Shown: piece after piece, positions 44,461 to 53,624 of the stretch
How the letters are laid out: every line of letters starts with the position of its first letter
How positions within the stretch are numbered: the stretch's first letter is position 1
NCBI GenBank assembly: GCA_903847975.1
Contig: CAINFC010000294.1
Location: forward strand, 811-64,810
Reading direction: 5' to 3'
Origin: an uncultured Acidobacteriota bacterium
Lineage (GTDB): Bacteria; Acidobacteriota; UBA6911; CAINFC01
DNA: 64,000 nucleotides
Made by a program: the position numbers and the translations under genes
Notes under the pieces: generated by a model
What the model saw: only the letters and a program-made list of their open reading frames with translations
Told to the model about the DNA's origin: nothing
Database searches by the model: none

Positions 44461-45687
44461 ATGTACCTCCTCTGCGCCGGCATGCAGAAAGATCTGCGAC
44501 GGTTTCTTCGCGACCCAGTGGCTCTGATGTTCTGGCTTGCTTTGCCGCTGGGCATTGGCATTGCGATCACACTCGCCACGGGCGGGGCCGCAGGCCCCAA
44601 ACCAATCGCCCGGCTGTTCCTTGTCAATGAGGATCAGAGCTTGGTAAGCGACATCCTGATTCAGGCATTCCGCCAGGCCGGAGGAGTCTTCCAAGTCGAG
44701 CCGGTAGAGCGTGCGGAAGGCCGCCGGCGTTTGGACCGCGGTGAGGGCACTGCCCTGCTCATCCTGGCCAAGGGATTCGGAGAGGCTGTGCTGGCCGAGA
44801 AGCCTTTCCGCCTCGAGCTGATCACCAATCCGGAGCAGCGGATCTTGCCTCAAATGGTTGAAGAACTTCTTCAAGTCCTGAGGCAAGCCGTTTTCTACCT
44901 GCATCGACTGGCCGGCAATGAACTGAAAGCCTTGGCCGCCGGTCGGGCCGGCAGCCGGGTTTTTTCTGATGCCGATATCGCGCGTATAAGCATTGCCATC
45001 CATCAGACGGCGAACCGTCTGCAGAATTATCTTTACCCGCCGGCCGTTCTTTTGGAAACTGCCCCAAGAGCGGGAACCGGGACGCAGGCCAACATTTCCA
45101 TGATGTTCCTGCCCGGCATCCTGCTCATGTCGCTGCTGTTTATGGCTCAGGGATTAAGCGACGACATTTGGAAGGAACGCAATCAAGGCACTCTCCGACG
45201 TTGGACGATTGCCCCGGGTGGTCCCTTGCCGTTCCTGATTGCAAAACTGGTTTCAGCAGCCGTGCTGATCTTTGCGGTGTCTTTGATAATCCTGAGCATC
45301 GGCATGGCTTACCATGGACTGCCTTTTTACCGATTGCCTTTGGCGTTATTGTGGTCCACCGTTTCCGGCCTGCTCTTTCTTTCTCTGATGCAATTCATGC
45401 AGCTTTATGCCTCCAGCCAGCGCGCCGGCGCCATCCTCGCCACCTGCCTGGTTTTTCCTTTAATGATTTTGGGGGGAAGCATGTTTCCCTTGGAACGGAT
45501 GCCCGCCTGGATGGCCGCCGTGGGCCGCTGCACCCCCAACGGTTGGGCTCTCGAACTGCTGAAAGACATACTTTTGGGCCGGTCGGATCCGACCGATTGG
45601 TCGGCGGGATTCGCAGGTATGGCGTTGTTGTCCGTCGCCGCAAGCCTCCTTACCGTACGCCGTATACCAACCTTTGCGAGAAATTGA
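44461..45687 (+). CDS. ABC-2 family transporter permease
   Basis: ATG 3 nt after the ATPase stop. Polytopic (MFWLALPLGIGIAITLA..., six hydrophobic segments). The track ORF start 44374 overlaps the upstream gene. Confidence 0.75.
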   Translation: MYLLCAGMQKDLRRFLRDPVALMFWLALPLGIGIAITLATGGAAGPKPIARLFLVNEDQSLVSDILIQAFRQAGGVFQVEPVERAEGRRRLDRGEGTALLILAKGFGEAVLAEKPFRLELITNPEQRILPQMVEELLQVLRQAVFYLHRLAGNELKALAAGRAGSRVFSDADIARISIAIHQTANRLQNYLYPPAVLLETAPRAGTGTQANISMMFLPGILLMSLLFMAQGLSDDIWKERNQGTLRRWTIAPGGPLPFLIAKLVSAAVLIFAVSLIILSIGMAYHGLPFYRLPLALLWSTVSGLLFLSLMQFMQLYASSQRAGAILATCLVFPLMILGGSMFPLERMPAWMAAVGRCTPNGWALELLKDILLGRSDPTDWSAGFAGMALLSVAASLLTVRRIPTFARN

Positions 45688-45688
45688 C

Positions 45689-46828
45689 ATGCTTCACGAT
45701 GTCTTTTTCATTGCCCGGAAAGATGTGCGCTACATGCTGCTGGATCGTGAGACCATCCTGTGGCTGTTCGTCATGCCGGTGGTCTTATTTTACTTCATCG
45801 GCACCGTGACAACCGGCTTCTCCGGAGGGCAGCCGGCGCGAAAAACGGAGATCGTCCTGCAAGCTCCGCAAAGTGCCGGATTTCTTGGCGACCAGGTGCA
45901 GCGGCGACTGGAAGAAAATAATTTCCGGGTGCTTCGCCCGACCGAACAGGAACAACCGAGGAGTTCCCGCCGGATCAGCCTCCCCGACTCCTTTACCGAA
46001 TCGATCGTCCAGGGCAGGCAGGCCAAAATATTGTACTCGTATGGCGAATCGGATCTGAATGCGGAGTACGACGTGCTGCGTGTGAAACGTGCTGTCTATA
46101 CGGTTTTGGCCGACGTGGTGGCGCTGCGCGCCAGGGATGGGGATATCCGTCCGCAAACTTTAAGTGAATTGGATGCCATGCCCCGCACCCTTAGTTTGGA
46201 TATACGGCCGGCGGGGAAACGCAAAGTAATTCCCACCGGATTTGAGCAGGCCATTCCCGGCATAATGGTCATGTTCACGCTGGTGGTAATGTTGACGAGC
46301 GGGGCTGTGACGCTGGTCATCGAACGCCGCCAGGGCCTCCTTCGCCGGCTGGCCTCCACGCCGATTTCCACCCGATCGATCGTCGCCGGAAAATGGGCAG
46401 GCAGACTCCTGTTGGGTCTGGTGCAAATCGCCTTTGGAGCGAGCGCCGGCACGCTGCTCTTTGGCATGGATTGGGGCCCGCAACGATGGATGGTTGGAGT
46501 CGTCCTTCTGGCCTGGTGCGCGCATTGCGCCTCCTTAGGCCTGTTTCTAGGCAGCCTGTCGCGCACGGAGGGGCAGGCGGCGGGAATCGGCGTTCTGGCG
46601 GCCAATGCCCTGGCGGCAATCGGCGGCTGCTGGTGGCCGATCGAAGTCACTCCACCCTGGATGCAAGCCGTTTCCCGGCTGGTGCCCACGGGTTGGGCCA
46701 TGGACGCGATGCATCGTCTCATCAGCTTTCAGGATGGCGCTGCCGGCGCGGTTCCGGACACGCTGGCGCTGCTGCTGGCGGCCCTGGTTTTCGGCGTATG
46801 GGCAGCCCGCCACTTCCGATACGAATAA
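45689..46828 (+). CDS. ABC-2 family transporter permease (second)
   Basis: MLHDVFFIARKDVRYMLLDRETILWLFVMPVVLFYFIG... with a large periplasmic loop and C-terminal TM bundle. ATG 45689 is preferred over TTG 45674. Confidence 0.75.
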   Translation: MLHDVFFIARKDVRYMLLDRETILWLFVMPVVLFYFIGTVTTGFSGGQPARKTEIVLQAPQSAGFLGDQVQRRLEENNFRVLRPTEQEQPRSSRRISLPDSFTESIVQGRQAKILYSYGESDLNAEYDVLRVKRAVYTVLADVVALRARDGDIRPQTLSELDAMPRTLSLDIRPAGKRKVIPTGFEQAIPGIMVMFTLVVMLTSGAVTLVIERRQGLLRRLASTPISTRSIVAGKWAGRLLLGLVQIAFGASAGTLLFGMDWGPQRWMVGVVLLAWCAHCASLGLFLGSLSRTEGQAAGIGVLAANALAAIGGCWWPIEVTPPWMQAVSRLVPTGWAMDAMHRLISFQDGAAGAVPDTLALLLAALVFGVWAARHFRYE

Positions 46829-47062
46829 CCGCTTCCACACCTCCGGGCTCCTCTTGAGATCTGGGCCGCAACTCCCACACGAGGAAACCCGGGTAAATTC
46901 GGCTTCGCGTATCAAGCGCGAATAGGGCATCACAGCTTTTCCTAACGGGACAAACATACCCTTTGTCGCCGCGTTCCTTTCTGCCAAACCAATACGCTGC
47001 TTCTACCCCTGAAAAGCGGTTGTCCTTAAAATGTTAAAATATTGCTCCGGAGGAGGACCGCT

Positions 47063-50000
47063 ATGACGTTATTTGGGAGTACGATTGCCGGGCATCGGCT
47101 TTTTCGGGCGTGTGCCCGAACATTTTTCACCCTGTCTCTTTGTTCCCTTTCCCTGCCGGCTCAGAGCGTAGTCGGCCGCATCTCGGGGACCGTGAGCGAT
47201 CCTTCCGGGGCGGTGATCCCCGGGGTCACGGTTACGCTGATCCATGAGGCCACGCGGGTGGAGCGCACCGCAATAACCGACGACCAGGGCTTTTACCTGG
47301 CCACCGCCGTGCCCGTGGGGATGTATACCGCATCGGCGGAAATGGCCGGCTTCCGGAAGTCGATGGTGACCGGCAACAACCTGGTGGCCGACGGGCGGCT
47401 GACCGTGGACCTCAAGATGGAAATCGGCGAGGTCAGCTCCACGGTGGAGGTCACCGCCGCGTCCGGGGAAGGCCTGAATACGGTATCGGGCGAAGTGCAG
47501 CGCGTGGTCGATTCCGAGCAGGTGCTGAACATGGCCCTGAATGCCCGCAACTACATGCAGCTGGCCACTCTGATTCCCGGCTCGGTGATCCTCGACGAGG
47601 ACCAGCTGGGGATGACCACCAGCCTGAGCATTACCCAGCAGTCGGTCAACGGCAACCGCGGCAACACCAATTACCTGAGTGTCGACGGCGGATCCAACAT
47701 GGACTCGGGCTCCAACGGCAGCCAGGTGAACAACGTGGGGATCGATTTCATCCGCGAGGTGAACATCAAGTCTTCCAATTTCTCCGCCGAGTTCGGGCGC
47801 AACTCCGGGGCTTCCATCAACATCGTCACCCGCGGCGGCGGGAACCAGTACCACGGTGGCTTACTCTACTTCTTCCGCAACGACCACCTGGATGCCCGCA
47901 ACTTCTTCGCCCCGATCAAGGGACCCTTGCGCTACAACAATTTCGGCTGGAACCTGGGCGGGCCGGTGCGCAAAAAGAAAATCTTTTTCTTCGCCGGCCA
48001 GGAGTGGAAACGGATCCGCCGGGTGACCGACGCATCGCGGCAGACCATTCCCACCCGCGCCGAGCGGGCCGGGGACTTCAGCGGCCGAACCGGCACCCTC
48101 AATATGCCGGGGACGACCACTCCGATTCCCAATCGCAACATTTCGTCCCTGATGAGCGCGGACGGCAAGGCCATCGCCGCGGCCTACACGGCCATGGAGA
48201 AGCTGGCCTCCTACTACTCGGACACCTCCACCTCCAACAACGTCATTTTTCAGATGCCCAACCCCTTCGACTGGCGGCAGGATATCGTCCGGCTCGACTA
48301 CAAGGTCAGCGAGCGGCACACCCTCTATTACCGCTACCTGCACGACATGTACGACCTGATCGAGCCCTACGGCACCTTCAGCAGCTCGAACCTGCCCATG
48401 ACCCCCACCAGCCGCCGGCGCCCCGGCTACAGCAACCAGCTGGCCCACACCTGGATGGTCAGCCGCACTATGACCAACGAGGCCAAGATCAATACTTCCT
48501 GGAACGGCCAGCGCATTCCGATGATCGGCGACTACTGGAAACGCTCCACCTACGGATTCCAGTTCCCCCGGCTGTTCAACGCCACCAGCTGGAACGGCAA
48601 CGGCGGTATTCCCAACATCAGCATTTCCAACATGGCCAACCTGCGCGGATCCAATTTTGCGCTGATCTCTCCCACCACCGACATTCAGGTGATGGACAGC
48701 TTCACCTACCTACGCCGCCGGCACATGATGAAGTTCGGCGCTACGGTGATCCGCAACCGCAAGGATCAGAACGGACGCTCCGACTGGCTGGGCGCGGTCT
48801 CTTTCTCGACCAGCGGCAACAACAAAACCACCGGCAGCGCCCTGGCCGACGCCTTTCTCGGCAATTTCCGGACCTACAGCGAAAGTTCCGCAGATCCCGT
48901 CGGGCACTTCCGGTTCACCTCCTACGAGGGCTTCGGGACCGACAACTGGCGGGTCTCGCGGCGGTTGAGCCTGGAGTACGGCGTCCGCTGGCAGTACAGC
49001 ACGCCGACCTACGTCTCGGCCAATAACATCACCACCTTCGACCCCGCGCTCTACGATCCGGCCCGGGCGGTGACCGTGCTGGCCAACGGAACCATCGCCG
49101 CCAATTCCGGCAACCGCTACAACGGGCTGATCCTGCCCGGCAGCGGCATTCCGGCCGACGAGGCGGGGCGCATTACCGGCGTCGATCCGGCGGCCATGGC
49201 CGCCATTCCCCGGGGGGCGCGGCGCGGCTTCTACGAGGCCCGGCTGCTCTGGGCTCCGAGGTTCAGCTTTGCCTTTGCCTTCGATGCCCACACCGCCATC
49301 CGCGGCGGATTCGGCGTCTTTTATGACAAGCCCGAAGGGAACATCATCTTCAGCCAGCTGAACATCGCCCCCTGGCTGCAGAGCGTAAACCTGGAAAACG
49401 GCAACCTGGCCAACCCCTCGGGCGGCACGGCCGCTGCCCTGACCCCCTTCGGGTCGATGGATGCGGTCAGCCCCGGACTGAAAACTCCCTACACCATGAA
49501 CGGCAGCCTGGGCATCCAGCGGGAGCTGCCCTGGGGAGCTTTCATGGAAATCAGCTATGTGACCAACGAGGGACGCCACCTGATCCGCCGTCCGGATGTC
49601 AACCAGGTGCCTTTCTCCGTGCTGTACGAGAACAACAAGATCCCCTCCGCCCAGCGCCCTTCGACCAACAGCCTGCGGCCTTTCAAGGGATATTCCAACA
49701 TCAACCAGCGGATCTCCGATTCCAACTCCAATTACCATGCCATGCAGGCCTATCTGAACAAGCGCAAGGGTGCGGTGACCTTCACCTTCAGCTACACCTG
49801 GTCCAAGGTGCTGACCGATTCGAGCAGCAACACCGATGCCGGCGGGGTGGAAGGATGGCGCGATCGCAGCTTCAATTACGGCCCGGCGAGCTTCGACCGC
49901 AGCCACGCTCTGGTGGCCACGTACTCGTACCAGGTGCCCTCCTTCGGCCGGTCCAACGCCTTCACCTCCAGTCCGGTGGTGCGGGCCGTCCTCGGCGGCT

Positions 50001-50425
50001 GGCAACTGAATGGCATCACCCGCTTTCAGACCGGGGCTCCGCTGACCGTTACCGCCAGCACCTCGACGGGAACGCGGCGGGCCGACTACCTGGGCGGGGA
50101 AGTCCTGGCGGAGGAGCCGGGGCCCAACGGATGGCTCAATCCGGCGGCTTTTGCCGCCGCACCGGACGACCGCCGCGGCAGCTCCGGAGTCGGCATGGCC
50201 CGCGGGCCGGACCTCTACCTCTGGGACTTCTCCATCCGCCGGACGATCCGCCTGGGCGCGCTGCGCGAGGGCATGCGTCTGCAGATCCAGGCCGACTTGT
50301 TCAACGCCTTCAACCGGGTCAATTTCAAGACGCCGCAAACCAGCATGTCCAACGCCTCCTGGAACACGGTCAGTTCGGCGGGGCCGCCGCGCAACATTCA
50401 GCTGGCGCTGCGGCTGAACTTCTGA
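47063..50425 (+). CDS. TonB-dependent outer-membrane receptor with N-terminal carboxypeptidase-regulatory-like domain
   Basis: GGAGGAGG RBS before ATG 47063. Signal peptide. CarboxypepD_reg-like GTVSDPSGAVIPGVTVTLIHEATRVERTAITDDQGFY. Ends NIQLALRLNF. The minus-strand ORF 48710..50722 (670 aa) is antisense. Confidence 0.85.
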   Translation: MTLFGSTIAGHRLFRACARTFFTLSLCSLSLPAQSVVGRISGTVSDPSGAVIPGVTVTLIHEATRVERTAITDDQGFYLATAVPVGMYTASAEMAGFRKSMVTGNNLVADGRLTVDLKMEIGEVSSTVEVTAASGEGLNTVSGEVQRVVDSEQVLNMALNARNYMQLATLIPGSVILDEDQLGMTTSLSITQQSVNGNRGNTNYLSVDGGSNMDSGSNGSQVNNVGIDFIREVNIKSSNFSAEFGRNSGASINIVTRGGGNQYHGGLLYFFRNDHLDARNFFAPIKGPLRYNNFGWNLGGPVRKKKIFFFAGQEWKRIRRVTDASRQTIPTRAERAGDFSGRTGTLNMPGTTTPIPNRNISSLMSADGKAIAAAYTAMEKLASYYSDTSTSNNVIFQMPNPFDWRQDIVRLDYKVSERHTLYYRYLHDMYDLIEPYGTFSSSNLPMTPTSRRRPGYSNQLAHTWMVSRTMTNEAKINTSWNGQRIPMIGDYWKRSTYGFQFPRLFNATSWNGNGGIPNISISNMANLRGSNFALISPTTDIQVMDSFTYLRRRHMMKFGATVIRNRKDQNGRSDWLGAVSFSTSGNNKTTGSALADAFLGNFRTYSESSADPVGHFRFTSYEGFGTDNWRVSRRLSLEYGVRWQYSTPTYVSANNITTFDPALYDPARAVTVLANGTIAANSGNRYNGLILPGSGIPADEAGRITGVDPAAMAAIPRGARRGFYEARLLWAPRFSFAFAFDAHTAIRGGFGVFYDKPEGNIIFSQLNIAPWLQSVNLENGNLANPSGGTAAALTPFGSMDAVSPGLKTPYTMNGSLGIQRELPWGAFMEISYVTNEGRHLIRRPDVNQVPFSVLYENNKIPSAQRPSTNSLRPFKGYSNINQRISDSNSNYHAMQAYLNKRKGAVTFTFSYTWSKVLTDSSSNTDAGGVEGWRDRSFNYGPASFDRSHALVATYSYQVPSFGRSNAFTSSPVVRAVLGGWQLNGITRFQTGAPLTVTASTSTGTRRADYLGGEVLAEEPGPNGWLNPAAFAAAPDDRRGSSGVGMARGPDLYLWDFSIRRTIRLGALREGMRLQIQADLFNAFNRVNFKTPQTSMSNASWNTVSSAGPPRNIQLALRLNF

Positions 50426-50466
50426 AGCCGGCCGGAAAATGACGTAGTTCAGAGCCGCACCGATCC

Positions 50467-50497
50467 GGAATGGGGGGTGCGATGGCCCCCCCATTCC
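50467..50497 (+). terminator. Candidate stem-loop terminator after the TonB-dependent receptor gene
   Basis: GGAATGGGGGG tgcgatgg CCCCCC(C)ATTCC. An 11-bp GC-rich stem lies 40 nt after the stop and is followed by a moderately U-rich stretch (cttggccttctctgtgttttg). Confidence 0.35.
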
Positions 50498-50850
50498 GCT
50501 TGGCCTTCTCTGTGTTTTGCCGAATCGCGCCTGCCATCCGTCACATCCTTCCGAAGTTCGCCCAAGATCACTTTTTTCGCACTTCGGGATAAGTATCAAA
50601 AGGACCTTACATTCCTTTTCCGGCTGGTTTAAACTTTCCTCGTTGCCCCTCTGCAATCTCCTTTCATTGGAATGGGTGCGGCTTGCCTTTGGAAGGACTG
50701 CGGGGCCATCCGTATCCGGCAAACCGGAACGCAGGAGTCGGGAGGCAGCAGGAGACCGGACATGACACGGAAAGAGAGATTTTTTCCGAGATATTTTCCC
50801 ACTCTGAATTCAGGCTCCGGCACATCGGAGTCAAGGGAGAGGGATTCGCC

Positions 50851-52995
50851 ATGAACCACCTGGAAACAAAACCCGCGGCCGTTGTGGTCGACGACGACAC
50901 GACCCAGCCGGGTATCCTGGCCGGGCTCCTGGCCGGAGCCGGTATCGAGGCGCTCACCTACGAGAGCGCCGAAGCGGCCCTGGCCGCCATGGACCCCGCC
51001 GCGCCGCCTGCGCTGATCGTAACCCGCCAGTACATGCGCGGCATCGACGGCTGGCGCTTCTGCCGTCTGCTGCGCTCGCCTGAGTTTGCTGCCTTTGGTA
51101 AGGTTCCGATCCTGATGGTTTCGGCCGCCTTCGCCGGGGACCCAACCGGGCGTTTCGCCGCCGATGTCGGGGCCGACGCCTTCCTGACTTGGCCCGTGGA
51201 CGGCCAGGTGTTCGTCGCACAGGTTCGGGCCTTGCTTTCGGGTCAGGAGAGGAGCCGGTTGCCCCGGGCTCTGATTGTCGCGGACGCTCCGGCCCTGGCC
51301 GGGCAGATCAAGGAAGCATTGGCCGCCAACGGCTACCGGGTGGACACGGCGCTCTCGGTTCGCGAGGCCGAGTTGGCCTTTGCCAGGACGCCATACGATG
51401 TGGCGGTGCTGGACGATTTCCTGCCCGACGGGACCGGCGGCGACCTGCTGGACAGGATCCGGGCCGCGCAGCCCGGCTGCGTCTGCCTGATGACGACCGC
51501 AGCCCCGACGCCGGAGCGGGCTATTTCCTGGATGAAGCGCGGGGCGGCCGCCTATGTGCCCAAGCCCTTCGAGCCGGAGCGGCTCATCGGGCTGTGCGCC
51601 CAGTCATACCGCGAGCGCGCCCTGTTGCGTATCGAGGACCAGCTCGAAGCGCGCACCCGGGAGCTGCGCGAAAGCGAGGAGCGCTACCGCACTCTGTTCC
51701 AGAACTCGGCCGACGCCCATCTGCTGCTGGCCGATGGAATTCACGTGGACTGCAACCAGGCGGCGCTTGCGCTGATGCGCTGCACCCGGGAAGAAATTGT
51801 CGGCCACAGTCCGATCGATCTTTCCCCCGAATTCCAGCCCGACGGCTCCCGGTCGGAAGAAAAAGCGGCCGCCTTCATTCAAGAGGCATTTGCGACCGGA
51901 AGCAAGCGTTTTGAATGGGTGCACCGCCGTCCCGACGGGACCGATTTCTGGGCGGAAGTGGCCGCCACGGTCCTGACGATCCGCGGGAAACCCATGCTTT
52001 TCGCCTCCTGGCGCGATATCAGCGAGCGCAAACAGGCCGAGGAGTCGCTGCGGGGGAGCGAGGAGCGGCACAGAACCATCCTCGGCACGGCCATGGATGG
52101 ATTCTTCGTGAACGACTCTGCCGGCCGTTTTATCGAAGTCAATGAGACCTATTGCCGGATGAGCGGCTATGCCGAGCAGGAACTCCTGTCTCTGCGTGTC
52201 CAATCCGTGGAAGATGTGGAGACCGCCGCCGATACCGCCGCGCACCTGCAGAAGGTGCTGGCCCTGGGGCAGGACCGGTTTGAAAGCCGACACCGGCGAA
52301 AGGACGGGAGCGTCTTCGATGTGGAGGTGAGCGTCCAGTATCTGTCTGCCGAGGAGCCGCGATTCGTGGCCTTTGTCCGCGACATTACCGAGCGCAAGCG
52401 TGCGGCGGAGGCGCTGCAGCAGAACCGGAACATGCTCGACCGGATATTGAATACCATACCGCAAAGCGTTTTCTGGAAAGACAGGGACAGCCGGTATCTG
52501 GGATGCAATTTGCAGTTTGCAAAAGCCGTCGGCCTGGAAAGTCCCGACAAGATTGTCGGCAAGACGGACTTTGATCTTCCCTGGCCGAGAGAGGAAGCCG
52601 AGGCATACCGCAAAGATGACCGCTTTGTCATGGACCACAATCGCTCCAAGACCCACATCATCGAACCGCTGCAGCAGGCCGACGGCAAACGGCTGTGGAT
52701 CGACACGTCCAAAATGCCTTTGGTTGACGGACAGGGCAATGTGTATGGCGTGCTCGGTGTTTACGAGGATATTTCCGACCGCAAGCGGGCGGAAGAAGCG
52801 CTGCGGGAAAAACTGGCCGAACTGGAGCGGCTGAACCAGCTGATGATCGGACGGGAAACCCGAATGATCGAACTGAAGCTTGAAATCAACGAATTGTGCG
52901 GCCGTCTGAGCCTGCCGAAGCGTTATGCGGCACCGGACAGCACTTTAGGGAAGGAGGATTCATGCATATCGCCACATCCAAACAGGAAGCCATGA
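50851..52995 (+). CDS. Response regulator with two receiver domains and three PAS domains (no kinase core)
   Basis: GGGAGAGGG RBS. REC1 AAVVVDDDTT...ILMVSA. REC2 ALIVADAPALAGQ...VAVLDDFLPDG...YVPKPF. Then PAS repeats (ERYRTLFQNS..., EERHRTILGTAMDGFFV..., MLDRILNTIPQSVFWKD...). No H-box or HATPase motifs. Confidence 0.8.
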   Translation: MNHLETKPAAVVVDDDTTQPGILAGLLAGAGIEALTYESAEAALAAMDPAAPPALIVTRQYMRGIDGWRFCRLLRSPEFAAFGKVPILMVSAAFAGDPTGRFAADVGADAFLTWPVDGQVFVAQVRALLSGQERSRLPRALIVADAPALAGQIKEALAANGYRVDTALSVREAELAFARTPYDVAVLDDFLPDGTGGDLLDRIRAAQPGCVCLMTTAAPTPERAISWMKRGAAAYVPKPFEPERLIGLCAQSYRERALLRIEDQLEARTRELRESEERYRTLFQNSADAHLLLADGIHVDCNQAALALMRCTREEIVGHSPIDLSPEFQPDGSRSEEKAAAFIQEAFATGSKRFEWVHRRPDGTDFWAEVAATVLTIRGKPMLFASWRDISERKQAEESLRGSEERHRTILGTAMDGFFVNDSAGRFIEVNETYCRMSGYAEQELLSLRVQSVEDVETAADTAAHLQKVLALGQDRFESRHRRKDGSVFDVEVSVQYLSAEEPRFVAFVRDITERKRAAEALQQNRNMLDRILNTIPQSVFWKDRDSRYLGCNLQFAKAVGLESPDKIVGKTDFDLPWPREEAEAYRKDDRFVMDHNRSKTHIIEPLQQADGKRLWIDTSKMPLVDGQGNVYGVLGVYEDISDRKRAEEALREKLAELERLNQLMIGRETRMIELKLEINELCGRLSLPKRYAAPDSTLGKEDSCISPHPNRKP

Positions 52996-53624
52996 ACCTG
53001 GGCTTTGGCAACTATACCTGCAACTGGGGCACCCATATGTGCGGACTCTACGAAACCCCGCACGAGCGGGATGAGATCATCCTGGGCTTCCTCCATCAGG
53101 GCGACCAGGAAAAGGACCTTCAATTGTACTGCCCGGTGGAGAGACCCCCCGAAGACTTCTGCAGCGCCTACCAGCGGGAATACCCCGCTTGCGCCGGGCA
53201 TGTTCATGACCCCCAACGCTTCCGATTGCTTGGAGCCAGGGAACTTTACTACCCTGACGGCCGGTTTTCCCCCCGCAGCATGGACCGTGGACTGGCCGAA
53301 TTCTACGAGGATTCCCAGCGGCAGGGCAAACGCAACATCCGCGCCACGGCGGAAATGGTCTGGGCGCTCGATGCCATCCCCGGCGTGGAGCACCTGATGG
53401 TCTACGAATCGCGGCTCAACTATTTCATTCCCGGAAAACCGTGGATGAGCATCTGCCTGTACAATCTGACGCGCTTTTCCGGGGCAACGATCATGAAGGT
53501 GCTGCAAACCCACCCTTTCGCGATCTCGGGCGGGGTTATCACCGCCAACCCCTATTATCAGGACCCCGATGACTGGCTTAAAGCCAATGCGCCGGACTTT
53601 CAGGGGCAAGTGGAACGGGGATGA
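52962..53624 (+). CDS. MEDS-domain protein (DcmR-like sensory domain)
   Basis: AAGGAGG lies 4 nt before ATG 52962. An alternative ATG 52992 overlaps the upstream stop as ATGA. GTHMCGLYETPHERDEIILGFLHQGDQEKDLQLYC matches the MEDS pattern (HxC..Y.....l...l.f...G...ge.c.y). Its stop overlaps the start of the downstream hybrid HK (ATGA). Confidence 0.7.
   Translation: MHIATSKQEAMNLGFGNYTCNWGTHMCGLYETPHERDEIILGFLHQGDQEKDLQLYCPVERPPEDFCSAYQREYPACAGHVHDPQRFRLLGARELYYPDGRFSPRSMDRGLAEFYEDSQRQGKRNIRATAEMVWALDAIPGVEHLMVYESRLNYFIPGKPWMSICLYNLTRFSGATIMKVLQTHPFAISGGVITANPYYQDPDDWLKANAPDFQGQVERG

Noticed and set aside
48710-50722. 670-aa minus ORF
   Set aside because: Antisense to the second TonB-dependent receptor. 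Gly/Pro/Arg-rich.
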